Under the pieces are notes generated by a model that saw only the letters and a program-made list of their open reading frames with translations, was not told where the DNA came from and ran no database searches. Made by a program: the position numbers and the translations under genes. A stretch of 64,000 nucleotides of DNA from assembly GCA_965279315.1 (NCBI GenBank), contig OZ257145.1, forward strand, positions 1,099,582-1,163,581. Reading direction: 5' to 3'. Position 1 is the first letter of the stretch. Each line of letters begins with the position of its first letter. Source of the stretch: Alphaproteobacteria bacterium. GTDB taxonomy: Bacteria; Pseudomonadota; Alphaproteobacteria; Micavibrionales; UBA2020. This document shows, piece after piece, positions 27,762 through 37,630 of this stretch.

Positions 27762-29093
27762 ATGCCCCTGACAAAGTTTCCGAATTCGGCCGAAAATGCC
27801 CCCGCAAAAACGGAAGTGTCTTCCGCCAAGGCAACGGCGCTCGGCTTTTACGAAAGCTTTTTCCAAGGCCGTATCGCCGACCTGCACAAGGAAGGCCGCT
27901 ACCGCGTTTTCGCGAATCTGGAACGCCAGGCCGGACGTTTCCCGCAAGCCCTTTATCGCGGCGAAGATGGCGTTGATCGCGAAGTCACCATCTGGTGCTC
28001 CAACGACTACCTCGGCATGGGCCAGCACCCGAAAGTGATCGGCGCGATGTGCGACGCGGCCAAGGCTGCGGGCGCGGGCGCGGGCGGCACGCGCAACATT
28101 TCCGGCAACACGCATTACCATGTCGTCCTTGAAAATGAACTGGCCGATTTGCATGGCAAGGAAGCGGGTTTGCTGTTCACCTCCGGCTATATCTCCAACG
28201 AGGCGGCGATCAGCACAATTGCGAAACTGCTGCCCGATTGCGTCATTTTCTCGGATGCGCAAAACCACGCATCGATGATCGCGGGCATCAAGGGCTCGGC
28301 TTGCGAAAAATTCATCTTCCGCCACAACGATATCCAGCACCTCGAACAGCTGCTGCAATCGGTCGAGCGTTGCCGCCCGAAAATCATCGCGTTTGAATCC
28401 GTTTATTCGATGGATGGCGACATTTCGCCGATCAGGGAAATTTGCGACCTCGCCGAAAAATACGGTGCGTTGACGTATCTTGACGAAGTCCATGCCGTCG
28501 GCATGTACGGCCCCCGTGGTGCGGGCGTCGCCGAACGCGACGGGCAGATGCACCGCGTCGATATCATCGAAGGCACGCTGGGCAAGGCGTTCGGCGTCAT
28601 GGGCGGTTATATCGCCAGCACGAAAGCGATCATCGATGTCGTGCGTTCTTACGCATCGTCTTTTATCTTCACGACCGCGCTGCCGCCCGCATTGCTGGCC
28701 GCCGCGACCGCGAGCGTGCAGCACCTGAAAACCTCGTCGGCGGAGCGCGAACGCCAGCAGGAACGCGCTGCGACGCTGAAACGCATGCTGGCCGAAGCCG
28801 GCCTGCCCGTGCTGCCCTCCGTCAGCCATATCGTGCCTGTCATGGTGGGTGATGCGCGCCTGTGCAAAAAAGCCAGCGATGACCTGATGCAAAAGCACAA
28901 TATCTATGTGCAGCCCATCAATTACCCGACCGTGCCGCGCGGCACCGAACGCCTGCGCCTGACGCCCACGCCGCTGCATTCGGATGCCGACATGCAAAAA
29001 CTGGTCGATGCGCTGGTCGATGTCTGGGCGGGCCTCAACCTGCGCCGTGGGGCGCAGATCCTCAGCTTCCAGCCGGCGGCGGAAGCGGTTTAA
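27762..29093 (+). CDS. hemA: 5-aminolevulinate synthase
   Basis: [34 protein letters not shown] and the pyridoxal-Lys region TLGKAFG. Start uncertain: TTG at 27744 or ATG at 27762. Confidence 0.9.
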   Translation: MPLTKFPNSAENAPAKTEVSSAKATALGFYESFFQGRIADLHKEGRYRVFANLERQAGRFPQALYRGEDGVDREVTIWCSNDYLGMGQHPKVIGAMCDAAKAAGAGAGGTRNISGNTHYHVVLENELADLHGKEAGLLFTSGYISNEAAISTIAKLLPDCVIFSDAQNHASMIAGIKGSACEKFIFRHNDIQHLEQLLQSVERCRPKIIAFESVYSMDGDISPIREICDLAEKYGALTYLDEVHAVGMYGPRGAGVAERDGQMHRVDIIEGTLGKAFGVMGGYIASTKAIIDVVRSYASSFIFTTALPPALLAAATASVQHLKTSSAERERQQERAATLKRMLAEAGLPVLPSVSHIVPVMVGDARLCKKASDDLMQKHNIYVQPINYPTVPRGTERLRLTPTPLHSDADMQKLVDALVDVWAGLNLRRGAQILSFQPAAEAV

Positions 29094-29098
29094 TCTTT

Positions 29099-29668
29099 TT
29101 ATTCCTTGGTCGTTGCCATCGGTTTCGCGGGCGGCAGGCCGATCACGCCGTCTTGCTGCGACAACAACGGCGCGCCCTGCGGCAGTCTTGAAAACTCTGC
29201 AATCTCCGCCGCCGTCTGCGCATCCTCGCGCGCGCGCGTGCCGCCGCACAACCCGCCCACATCATATGTGCCCGACGGAAAATCATACAGCGACCATCGC
29301 TCGTAAACATCCGGCACGCGCTGGTACGCAAAGAACAGGTATGATTTGCCGACCATGAAATCGGCGCCCATGCAGGTGTTCACATGTCGGTTGCTGTAGA
29401 ATTTGAACGTATTGCCCTTTTCAACGCCCTTGTACGCTTCGGTCACATTCACCGTCACCACAACCGGGATATCGGCGTTGCCGCGCTGCGTCCATTCCAT
29501 CACTTCGGCGGCCTCCGTCACCGTGCCGGTGAAGACCGCGCCCGACTGCCCCCACCGTTTTTCCAGCGGCTGCGCCATGCATCCGCATTGGGTGCGCTTT
29601 TGCGACGCCAGCGCGGGCAGGGCGGAAACCAGCATCATCAGAAGGGCAAGAACGGGAAGCGGGCGCAT
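29099..29668 (-). CDS. secreted protein, possible NTR/TIMP-like OB-fold module
   Basis: Signal peptide MRPLPVLALLMMLVSALPALA. The mature part carries QCGC...AVFTGTV...TEAYKG...TCMGADFMVGKSYLFFA, which resembles the TIMP N-domain spacing. By-eye call only. Confidence 0.6.
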   Translation of the reverse strand: MRPLPVLALLMMLVSALPALASQKRTQCGCMAQPLEKRWGQSGAVFTGTVTEAAEVMEWTQRGNADIPVVVTVNVTEAYKGVEKGNTFKFYSNRHVNTCMGADFMVGKSYLFFAYQRVPDVYERWSLYDFPSGTYDVGGLCGGTRAREDAQTAAEIAEFSRLPQGAPLLSQQDGVIGLPPAKPMATTKE

Positions 29669-29724
29669 GGCGTTTTCATTCCTTTTCTTTTATTATAGGC
29701 GTGTGAGGTTAAAAAATAACGCCG

Positions 29725-30726
29725 ATGATAAAATTACATAACAATCTTGCAGATGTGACGGACGACGCGCGCGGGTCGGTCTGCGTGATCGGCAATTTCG
29801 ACGGGCTGCATCTGGGGCATCAGGCGCTGCTGCGGCAGGCGGCGGATATCGCGCGCACGCAGAACGCGCCGCTGTCCGTCCTGACCTTCGAGCCGCATCC
29901 CCGTGAATTTTTCCAGCCGGATACCGAACCGTTCCGCCTGACCCTGCTGCCCGCAAAGCTCCGCATCCTCGGCGGGTTTGGCGTGAAGCACCTGTTCGCG
30001 GCCAAATTCGATGCCGCCATGGCCGCGCTGTCGCCCGAAGAATTCATCGAAAAGATCCTGAAAAACGCGTTGGGCGTGAGGCATGTGATGGTGGGCCGCG
30101 ATTTCGCCTTTGGCCGTGGCCGTACCGGCAATATCGAACACTTGCGGCAGGTTGCCGGGTTTGGCCTCACCGCAATCGATCCTGTCACCTGCGACGGGTC
30201 GGAAACCTATTCATCCACCCGCGTGCGCGCGTTGCTGCGCGCGGGCAAGCTCGACGAAGCGGCGCAGCTGCTGGGCCGCCGCTGGGAAATTGAAATGCCG
30301 GTCGTGCATGGCGACAAACGCGGGCGCGAACTGGGATACCCGACCGCCAACCAGCAGGCGGGGCGGTACCTGCGCCTGCCGCTCGGCATCTATGCCGTGC
30401 GCGTGCAGGTCGAGGGCGAAACGGAAGATTTGAACACCGGCAAAGCCGCTTTAAACGATAGCAAAGCCGTTTTAAATGACAGCAAAGCTGTCTGGCGCGA
30501 CGGCGTCGCCAATTTCGGCATCCGCCCGATGTTCCGGATTACCCAGCCGATTTTCGAGACTTACATCTTCGATTACGATACGGAAATTTATGGAAAAAAC
30601 CTGCGTGTCCAGCCGGTGAAATTCCTGCGCCCGGAACAGGAATTCAAGGGGCTGGAGGCGCTGGCCGCGCAGATCAAACAGGATTGCCACAGCGCAGCCG
30701 CTGTGCTCAAATCCACGCAATTATAA
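29725..30726 (+). CDS. ribF: bifunctional riboflavin kinase / FMN adenylyltransferase
   Basis: GNFDGLHLGHQAL, FEPHPREFF, and kinase domain GDKRGRELGYPTAN...ANFGIRPMF. Contains an in-frame repeat insertion. Confidence 0.9.
   Translation: MIKLHNNLADVTDDARGSVCVIGNFDGLHLGHQALLRQAADIARTQNAPLSVLTFEPHPREFFQPDTEPFRLTLLPAKLRILGGFGVKHLFAAKFDAAMAALSPEEFIEKILKNALGVRHVMVGRDFAFGRGRTGNIEHLRQVAGFGLTAIDPVTCDGSETYSSTRVRALLRAGKLDEAAQLLGRRWEIEMPVVHGDKRGRELGYPTANQQAGRYLRLPLGIYAVRVQVEGETEDLNTGKAALNDSKAVLNDSKAVWRDGVANFGIRPMFRITQPIFETYIFDYDTEIYGKNLRVQPVKFLRPEQEFKGLEALAAQIKQDCHSAAAVLKSTQL
30439..30492 (+). repeat. 21-bp in-frame tandem repeat (about 2.6 units) inside ribF
   Basis: GGCAAAGCCGCTTTAAACGAT / AGCAAAGCCGTTTTAAATGAC / AGCAAAGCTGTC, encoding GKAALND SKAVLND SKAV. 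Confidence 0.85.
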
Positions 30727-30744
30727 CAAATTCCGATCAGGAAC

Positions 30745-31338
30745 ATGTCAGCACAGGTTATCCGCCCCGGCCGCTATTTCATCGTCGCCTTCTTCCTGAT
30801 CCTCGTCGTGATCGGGCTCGATCAGGCGTCGAAATGGTTCGTCATGGAAACGATGCTGCGCGCCAAATCGGAAAGCCCGGATTTCTGGACCTGGTTCACC
30901 ACGCGCGACATGATCGATTTTTTTGCCGACCAGCAGGAAAAATACAAACAGGTCGTGTTCAACCCCTGGCTCAACTTCACGATGGTCTGGAACAAGGGCA
31001 TCAGCTTCGGCATGTTCGGCGGCGGGCAGGGCAAAATGCCGGTCCTGTTCATCGCCCTGTCGCTCATGATCTCGATGGGCCTGCTGATCTGGCTGGTGCT
31101 GGCGCGCACGAAAATGCTGTTCCTCGCGCTGCCGCTGATCATCGGCGGCGCGATCGGCAATGTGTGCGACCGTGTGCGTTTCGGCGCGGTTGCGGATTTC
31201 ATCGACGTGCATCTCGGCGACCGTCACTGGCCTGCCTTCAACGTGGCGGATGCTTGCGTCTGCATCGGCGCGTTCTTCTTGATACTCGACACGATTTTGG
31301 ACAAAAGCGGCAGTAAAAAGGATCAAAAAAATGCGTAA
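30745..31338 (+). CDS. lspA: lipoprotein signal peptidase (signal peptidase II)
   Basis: WNKGISFGMF, GGAIGNVCDR and WPAFNVADACV. Confidence 0.9.
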   Translation: MSAQVIRPGRYFIVAFFLILVVIGLDQASKWFVMETMLRAKSESPDFWTWFTTRDMIDFFADQQEKYKQVVFNPWLNFTMVWNKGISFGMFGGGQGKMPVLFIALSLMISMGLLIWLVLARTKMLFLALPLIIGGAIGNVCDRVRFGAVADFIDVHLGDRHWPAFNVADACVCIGAFFLILDTILDKSGSKKDQKNA

Positions 31339-31873
31339 ATCCGGCCTTATCCTCGCGCTTGCGATGGTTGCCGCGCTCGGCGGCTGCTCCGATGTCAAAA
31401 AACAGATCGGCATGGGCCGCAGCTCCCCCGACGAATTCATGGTGGTCAAGCGTGCGCCGCTGACGATGCCGCCCGATTACGACCTGCGCGCGCCGTCACC
31501 CGATTCACTGCCGCCCGCATCCGAATCCTCCAACCTCGCCAAAGCCGCGCTGATGGGCGCCAATACAGGCGCCACCGCCGAAAAAGGCACGGCGGAAAAC
31601 GCGCTACTGCAAAAAATGGGCGCCGAAAACGCAGACCCTTCCGTCCGCAACGCGATCAACCGCGAAAACGGCGTGCTTGAACTTGAAAACCAGAAGCTGG
31701 TGGACAAGCTGATCTTCTGGTCCGACAAGCCCGGCGAAGCGCCGTCCTCCGTCGTCGACGCCAAGCAGGAAAAAGAACGCCTGAAGCAGAACGCCGCCGA
31801 CGGCAAGCCCGCGAACGAGGGCAACGTGCCGGTGATCGAGAAAAAACAAAGCACGATGGACAGGCTGTTCTAG
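31331..31873 (+). CDS. DUF3035-type lipoprotein
   Basis: MRKSGLILALAMVAALGGCS lipobox. GRSSPDEFMVVKRAPLTMPPDYDLRAP is typical of the family found after lspA in alphaproteobacteria. Confidence 0.7.
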   Translation: MRKSGLILALAMVAALGGCSDVKKQIGMGRSSPDEFMVVKRAPLTMPPDYDLRAPSPDSLPPASESSNLAKAALMGANTGATAEKGTAENALLQKMGAENADPSVRNAINRENGVLELENQKLVDKLIFWSDKPGEAPSSVVDAKQEKERLKQNAADGKPANEGNVPVIEKKQSTMDRLF

Positions 31874-31886
31874 ACAGGAATTTCCC

Positions 31887-32648
31887 ATGACCCGCATTTT
31901 TGCCGCCCTGTGCATCGCGCTTCTGGCGTTTGCACCCATGCCTGCCGCCGCCGCTTCCGAAACTGCCGCCGTCGCCAGCGCGAAGCTGGCTGTACGCGCG
32001 CCCGCGCAGGCCGTGCCGCCCACGCGCGACAGCCTCGTCGCTTTTTTTGAAGAACAGATGAAAAACGACCCGCAGGTGAAGGATTTCACCAAGCGCGCCG
32101 ACGGCGACTACGACTTCCAGACCGGTTTCTTCCCGTATACCGGCCGGTTGAAACTGTTGAATGCGGCCGTCACGAAATACGATGACCAGTATTACGATAA
32201 CCTGTACCGCGGCATTATCGAGATTGAATTGCCGGATGCGGACGATGCGTTTTTCAAGAAATTCTCGCGCAGCTTCGCCGCCTGGAGCTCCGACCTGAAT
32301 TACTATTACAACATGAAAAAGGGCAAATGGTTCGCAGGATCGGCATGGAACGACAACCTTGCCGACTTCGACAAATATGCGGTCGAAAACGCGGCCGCAA
32401 AATCCCCCGCGCCCATGCCCGGCTTCTGGGCGCAGAACGGCAAAAATCTTATCCCGCTCGGCATCTTTGTCATCGTGATTGTCGTGACGCTGACCTTCGC
32501 CAAACGCCAGCACAAGCGCGTCTTTGATAACCATGACAAGGCGCTGGACGAACAGCAGCGCGGGCTGAAAATGGTCGAGGAATCACTCGGCCACCAGCGG
32601 GAACACACAAGACTGCTGCAGGAAATCCTGGCCGAGCTGAAGAAGTAA
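31887..32648 (+). CDS. hypothetical exported protein with C-terminal membrane anchor
   Basis: Signal peptide MTRIFAALCIALLAFAPMPAAA, a Tyr/Asp-rich middle, a TM helix LIPLGIFVIVIVVTLTF and a charged tail. Confidence 0.55.
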   Translation: MTRIFAALCIALLAFAPMPAAAASETAAVASAKLAVRAPAQAVPPTRDSLVAFFEEQMKNDPQVKDFTKRADGDYDFQTGFFPYTGRLKLLNAAVTKYDDQYYDNLYRGIIEIELPDADDAFFKKFSRSFAAWSSDLNYYYNMKKGKWFAGSAWNDNLADFDKYAVENAAAKSPAPMPGFWAQNGKNLIPLGIFVIVIVVTLTFAKRQHKRVFDNHDKALDEQQRGLKMVEESLGHQREHTRLLQEILAELKK

Positions 32649-33563
32649 TCAGGTCCGCGCGACCAACATCGCCGCATCGGGCGCATCCAGCGCCACATCC
32701 GGCGCCATCTGGTTCCTGAACCATGTCGTCTGGCGCTTCGCGTAATTGCGCGTCGATTGCTGCGCCAGCGATATCGCGTCGGTCAGCGAGATATTTCCGG
32801 CCAGATGCGACGACAGTTCGGGGTATCCCAGCGCCTTGGCAAGCGGCATGGCGGGTGTTGCGGTCTTCATGAATTCCCGCACCTGTTCCAGCGCGCCCTG
32901 TTTCAGCATGATGCCAAACCGCGCATCGCAATTCGCGTACAGCCTTTCGCGCGGCGGGACGAGCGTTGATGTCACGAATTTCAAATGCGCAGGCGGCGGT
33001 GCGGGCGGCAATGCCTGCCATTCGGCAAGGCTTTTGCCCGTGCCCTCCAGCACTTCCATCGCCCGTACAAGGCGCTGGGTGTTATGGGGGTTCAGGCTCC
33101 CCGCCATCACGGGGTCGCGTTTTTGCAGTTCGGCATGGAAGGCGGGGTTGCCGATTTCCTTTTGCCACGCGTTCAGCCGCTCCCGGATATCCGGTGCGAT
33201 ATCCGGGATGGGGCTGAGGCCATTCAGCAGTGTGCGGATATAAAACCCCGTGCCACCCACGATGATTGGCAACCGGCCTTCGGCAATCACGCGGTCGATC
33301 TCGTCCAATGCCATGCCGCGCCAGCGCGCGGCCGAACAGATATCACCAGGTTTCAGTGTGGCATAGAGGCGGTGCGGCGCGGCGTCCAGATCGTCGGCGG
33401 ATGGCTGCGCGGTCAGGATGCCAAGCCCGTCATACATCTGCATGGAATCGGCATTGATGATGACGCCGTTTTTCCGGCGCGCCACAGAAAGCGCGAGGCC
33501 CGACTTGCCACTGGCAGTCGGGCCCCCGATAACAAGTACAGTGTGCTGTTGTGACGCAGCCAC
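32649..33563 (-). CDS. miaA: tRNA dimethylallyltransferase
   Basis: P-loop VLVIGGPTASGKS and LHVPHYLID-type middle region. Start set to the in-frame GTG (VAASQQHTV) 1 nt downstream of the degP stop, because the longer ORF to 33776 overlaps degP. Confidence 0.85.
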   Translation of the reverse strand: MAASQQHTVLVIGGPTASGKSGLALSVARRKNGVIINADSMQMYDGLGILTAQPSADDLDAAPHRLYATLKPGDICSAARWRGMALDEIDRVIAEGRLPIIVGGTGFYIRTLLNGLSPIPDIAPDIRERLNAWQKEIGNPAFHAELQKRDPVMAGSLNPHNTQRLVRAMEVLEGTGKSLAEWQALPPAPPPAHLKFVTSTLVPPRERLYANCDARFGIMLKQGALEQVREFMKTATPAMPLAKALGYPELSSHLAGNISLTDAISLAQQSTRNYAKRQTTWFRNQMAPDVALDAPDAAMLVART

Positions 33564-33564
33564 C

Positions 33565-35076
33565 TTATTTCTTGAACTTGACGACCACGTAATTGCGGTC
33601 GTTCTTGCGTGCGATGAACAGCAGCACCGAAGGTTCGCCCGCTTTCTGCGCGGCCGCCGCCTTGGTGGCGACGTCTTCGGGCGTGCCGACGTCCTGTTGA
33701 TCGATCTCGACCACCACGTCGCCCTCGGCGAGGCCTTTTTGGGCGGCAGGGCTGTCGGCGGTGACGCCGGAGACAAGCGCGCCGGTCACCGATTTCGCGA
33801 CGCCGTATTTTTCGCGCGCCTCATCGGTCAGCAGGGACAGTTTAAGCCCGATCGAGGGCACGTCGGTTGCGGGCATCTTTTCTTCCGCTGCCGCTTCCGG
33901 CTTGTCCTTGCCGCCCGGGGTCAGCTGGCCTGCCTCTTCGGCGGTTTCCAGCTGGCCGAGGGTCACGGTGATCTTCGTGTTTTCGCCCTTGCGCCAGATG
34001 CCCAGTTCCACCTTGCGGCCCACTTCGGCCTCGGCGACCATGCGCGGCAGGCGTTTCATGGCGGATACGGGCGCGCCGTCAAACGTCATGATGACGTCGC
34101 CGGACTTGATGCCGGCCGCTTCCGACGGGCCTTTTTCCGTGACGCTCGACACAAGCGCGCCATGCGAATTCTTGGGCAGGCCCAGGCCTTCCGCAATGTC
34201 GGGCGTCACGTCCTGGATGCGCACGCCCAGCCAGCCGCGTTTGGTCTTGCCGTATTTGACCAGCTGGTCGACGACGCTTTTCACGATGTTCGACGGCACG
34301 GCAAAGCCGATGCCGACCGAACCGCCCGAGGGGGAGAAGATGGCCGTGTTCACGCCCACCACTTCGCCGTTCATGTTGAACATCGGGCCGCCGGAATTGC
34401 CGCGGTTGATCGATGCGTCGGTCTGGATGAAGTCATCATACGGGCCGGCATTGATGTCGCGCTGCCGGGCGGAAACGATACCCGCCGTGACCGTGCCGCC
34501 AAGGCCGAACGGGTTGCCGATCGCCAGCACCCATGAGCCCACTTTCGAATTGTCGCTGTTGCCCCATTTGGTCGAGACGAGGGGGATATCGGTTTTCACC
34601 TTCAGAACCGCGATGTCGGTTTTCTCGTCCGTGCCGACCAGCGTCGCGTCCAGCGTCGTGTCGTCATGCAGGATGATCTTGATCTCTTCCGCGCCCTTGA
34701 TGACGTGGTTGTTGGTGACGATGTAACCGTTCACCGCATCGACGACAAAGCCGGAGCCGAGCGCGGAGACTTTTTCTTCTTCCTGCGCACCGCCGCCGCC
34801 TTGCTGGTTTTTATATTCGTCATAGAATTTTTTCAGGAATTCGTCGAAGGGCGAACCGGTGCCGCCCGGGGGCAGTTCCGGCAGGTCGGGCAGCGGCATG
34901 CGCTGTGCGGCCGGTGCCTTTGCGGAGGTCGACACGTTCACGACCGTCGGCAACAGCGCCTCGGCCAGGTTTTCAAAACCGTCGGGCGATGCCGCGCGTG
35001 CGCTGACAGGGGCCAGCAGGGCAATGGCGCAAAGCGCGCCCATGACGGTGGGAAAGCGGTACAGGGTGTTTAACAT
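33565..35076 (-). CDS. degP: periplasmic serine endoprotease DegP/HtrA (Do family, two PDZ domains)
   Basis: Signal peptide. Catalytic triad context TNNHV, D-I-A-V-L-K and GNSGGPMFN. Two PDZ-like segments. Confidence 0.9.
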   Translation of the reverse strand: MLNTLYRFPTVMGALCAIALLAPVSARAASPDGFENLAEALLPTVVNVSTSAKAPAAQRMPLPDLPELPPGGTGSPFDEFLKKFYDEYKNQQGGGGAQEEEKVSALGSGFVVDAVNGYIVTNNHVIKGAEEIKIILHDDTTLDATLVGTDEKTDIAVLKVKTDIPLVSTKWGNSDNSKVGSWVLAIGNPFGLGGTVTAGIVSARQRDINAGPYDDFIQTDASINRGNSGGPMFNMNGEVVGVNTAIFSPSGGSVGIGFAVPSNIVKSVVDQLVKYGKTKRGWLGVRIQDVTPDIAEGLGLPKNSHGALVSSVTEKGPSEAAGIKSGDVIMTFDGAPVSAMKRLPRMVAEAEVGRKVELGIWRKGENTKITVTLGQLETAEEAGQLTPGGKDKPEAAAEEKMPATDVPSIGLKLSLLTDEAREKYGVAKSVTGALVSGVTADSPAAQKGLAEGDVVVEIDQQDVGTPEDVATKAAAAQKAGEPSVLLFIARKNDRNYVVVKFKK

Positions 35077-35213
35077 TTACAGAATCCTCCATAACCTTTT
35101 TAGGTTTGTTTCAACTAGAGTTAGGCCTGTTGCGGGTGAGCGTCAATCGATGAAAGTGGCGATATTTTTGCGAAAAGGCAGCAGGATTTTGGAACTGTCA
35201 GCGTGACAGTTTT

Positions 35214-35411
35214 TCAAGGCATTCCCCGCACCATCGCGACCACCACAAAACCCAGTGCCGCGAGCAGAAGGCCTGCGGTGCGCAGCTGTTGCGGGTCGAG
35301 GAGCGATATCTGCGCGGTCATCCTGCGCATGGCATCGGGGAACAGGGCGTACATCGCCCCTTCGATCACCAGCATCAGCCCGAGCGCAACGGCAAGATCC
35401 GTCATGGTCAC
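35214..35411 (-). CDS. DUF2065 small membrane protein
   Basis: 65 aa with two helices (LGLMLVIEGAMYALFP ... AGLLLAALGFVVV). Has the conserved position after hflC. Confidence 0.65.
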   Translation of the reverse strand: MTMTDLAVALGLMLVIEGAMYALFPDAMRRMTAQISLLDPQQLRTAGLLLAALGFVVVAMVRGMP

Positions 35412-36283
35412 TTCTTGCCGGAGCTGTCCTTGAAGTATTTAAAGAAATCGCTGTCGGGCGACAGGATCAGCGTGGTGTCGGAACCCGAAAGGCTTTCACG
35501 GTACGCCTCCATGCTGCGGTAGAAGCCGTAGAATTCGGGGTCCTGCTTGAACGCATCGGCATAGATCTTGATCGCTTCTTCGTCGCCAAGACCGCGCTGG
35601 ATCTGCGCCTGGCGGCCGGCCTCTGCCAGCAATACGGTGCGTTCCTTGTCGGCCTGCGCGCGGGTTTCGTTGGCGAACTGCTTGCCTTCGCCGCGGAACT
35701 GCGCGGCTTCCTGCTGGCGGGCGGTGATCATGCGCTCGAAGATCGACTGGCTGGTCTGTTCGGGCAGGTCGGCGCGGCCGATGCGCACATCGACGATTTC
35801 AACGCCCATGTCCTTGGCCGCCACGTTCACGCGCTCCTTGATCGAATGCATCAGCGTCGCGCGCTTTTCCGACAGCACATCGGCAAGGGTCGCCGTGCCC
35901 AGCACTTCGCGGGTCACGGAATTGATCAGGTTGTTGATGCGGTCGCGCGCGGCGTCTTCGGTGCCGACGGTGTTGTTGAAGGCCAGCATGTCGTTGATGC
36001 GGTAGCGGCCGAAGGCGTCGATCACGACGCGCTTCTGGTCGGCCAGGATCACTTCTTCGGACGGCGGCGCCACGTTCAGCACGCGCTTTTGGAACACGCG
36101 CACGTTCTGGATGAAGGGTGTTTTGAATTTCAGCCCGGGTTCGGTGTACATCGACGCCGGACGCCCGAATTGCAGCACCATCGCCTGGGTGCCCTGCCGG
36201 ACGATGAAGGCGGCCTGCGTGACCAGCACGAAGCCGGCCACAAGGATGAAAAGGAAAAACGTGCCTGATTTGCTCATGATCAT
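35408..36283 (-). CDS. hflC: protease modulator HflC
   Basis: 291 aa with an N-terminal TM helix and an SPFH/band-7 domain. Follows hflK. Confidence 0.9.
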   Translation of the reverse strand: MIMSKSGTFFLFILVAGFVLVTQAAFIVRQGTQAMVLQFGRPASMYTEPGLKFKTPFIQNVRVFQKRVLNVAPPSEEVILADQKRVVIDAFGRYRINDMLAFNNTVGTEDAARDRINNLINSVTREVLGTATLADVLSEKRATLMHSIKERVNVAAKDMGVEIVDVRIGRADLPEQTSQSIFERMITARQQEAAQFRGEGKQFANETRAQADKERTVLLAEAGRQAQIQRGLGDEEAIKIYADAFKQDPEFYGFYRSMEAYRESLSGSDTTLILSPDSDFFKYFKDSSGKK

Positions 36284-36291
36284 TTTCTCCG

Positions 36292-37524
36292 TTACTGGCC
36301 GGGCTGCGGGGGTGCGTTGAAGGGAACGGCCGGATTGCTCGACCTGCCGTCAAGCTGCAAAAGCGGCAGCAGCGGCGAGCCCTTGGAATCACCGGTGATG
36401 ATTTTGCGGCTGTTTTTCAGCACTTCCTGCATGGTTTCAAGGTAGAGGCGTTTTTGCGTGATGTCTTTCGATTCCGCATACGCCTTATAGACCGAATTGA
36501 AACGCTCCGCGTCGCCTTTTGCTTTTGCGATCGTCGCTTCCTTGTACGCCTCCGCCTCGCGGATCAGGCGTTCCTTCTGGCCCTGCGCGACGGGGATGAT
36601 GTCGTTGCGGTAGGTGTTCGCCTCGTTCTTCAGGCGCTCGCGGTCGGTGCGGGCGCGCTGCACGTCGTTGAAGGCATCGACGACGGGATTAGGCGGATCG
36701 ACCGACAGCAGCTGGACGGAATTGACGTTGACGCCTGAATCATAACCGTCGAGAATTTTCTGCATCAGCTCTTTCGACTGCGCCTCGATATCGCCGCGGC
36801 CTTCGGTCAGCGCGGATTGAATGGGCGTGCGCCCGATGATTTCGCGCATCGCGGATTCCGCGACCGTCTGCACGCTCAGCACCTGCGGTTCTTCGATCGC
36901 GAACAGGTATTTGCCAAGGTCGCTCACCTTCCAGAACACGGTGAAGTGGATTTTCACGATGTTTTCGTCGCCGGTCAGCATGCTGCTTTCCGACGGCTTG
37001 TCGTTCTGCACCTGCTGGCCGCGGCCGGTGAAGCCGATATCCAGCTGGCGGTTCTGCGCCACGTTTTCTTTTTCGACCGACTGGATGGGATAGGGCAGGC
37101 GGTAACCAAGGCCCGCGTCTTTTTTCAGGTCGGTCATCTTGCCAAAGGTCAGCACGACGGCGTTTTCTTCGGGCTGGATGGTGTAGAAACCGGATGCCAG
37201 CCAGATCATCACGACCGCGCCCAGCAGGAAGGCGAAGGCCTGCGACGGTTCCATCGCATTGCCGGGACGCTTGCCGCCGAAGGTCGTCTTGAAGCGGTCC
37301 TGCGCCTGGCGCAGCATGTCATCGAGATCGGGTTCGTTGTTCTTGCCGCCGCCACCGCCACCGCCGGACGGGCGTTGCGGGCGCTGGCCCCAGGGCGAAT
37401 TGCCGCCGCCATCATTCCCGCCGCCATCGCCGCCACCGGAGGGAGGCTGGTCATTTCCCGGACGGTTTCCCCATGGCCCTTGATTGGGAAGAAGGATCAT
37501 GCCGTCTTGCGATTTCAATGCCAT
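36292..37524 (-). CDS. hflK: protease modulator HflK
   Basis: Gly-rich N-terminus (GPWGNRPG...GGGGGGGK), a TM helix and an SPFH domain. Start uncertain among 37533, 37524 and 37500. Confidence 0.9.
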   Translation of the reverse strand: MALKSQDGMILLPNQGPWGNRPGNDQPPSGGGDGGGNDGGGNSPWGQRPQRPSGGGGGGGKNNEPDLDDMLRQAQDRFKTTFGGKRPGNAMEPSQAFAFLLGAVVMIWLASGFYTIQPEENAVVLTFGKMTDLKKDAGLGYRLPYPIQSVEKENVAQNRQLDIGFTGRGQQVQNDKPSESSMLTGDENIVKIHFTVFWKVSDLGKYLFAIEEPQVLSVQTVAESAMREIIGRTPIQSALTEGRGDIEAQSKELMQKILDGYDSGVNVNSVQLLSVDPPNPVVDAFNDVQRARTDRERLKNEANTYRNDIIPVAQGQKERLIREAEAYKEATIAKAKGDAERFNSVYKAYAESKDITQKRLYLETMQEVLKNSRKIITGDSKGSPLLPLLQLDGRSSNPAVPFNAPPQPGQ

Positions 37525-37630
37525 GGCGAACAACCTTGTTAAGTATTGCGGAAAAGGCTATAGAGTGCCCTATATATGTTGAGCATGATTGAAATAGGGC
37601 TGCAAGGATTTTAGGCAAGAAGGCGTTGTT

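Noticed and set aside
27636-29249. 537-aa minus-strand ORF opposite hemA
   Set aside because: It is an Arg/Ala/Gly-rich shadow of the ALA synthase gene with no motifs, and it would overlap two well-supported genes.
35077-35213. Possible stress (ECF sigma) promoter upstream of degP
   Set aside because: I could find only a weak TTGACG-N17-TAACTC sigma70-like match and a GGAAC on the wrong strand. That is not enough to call a promoter.
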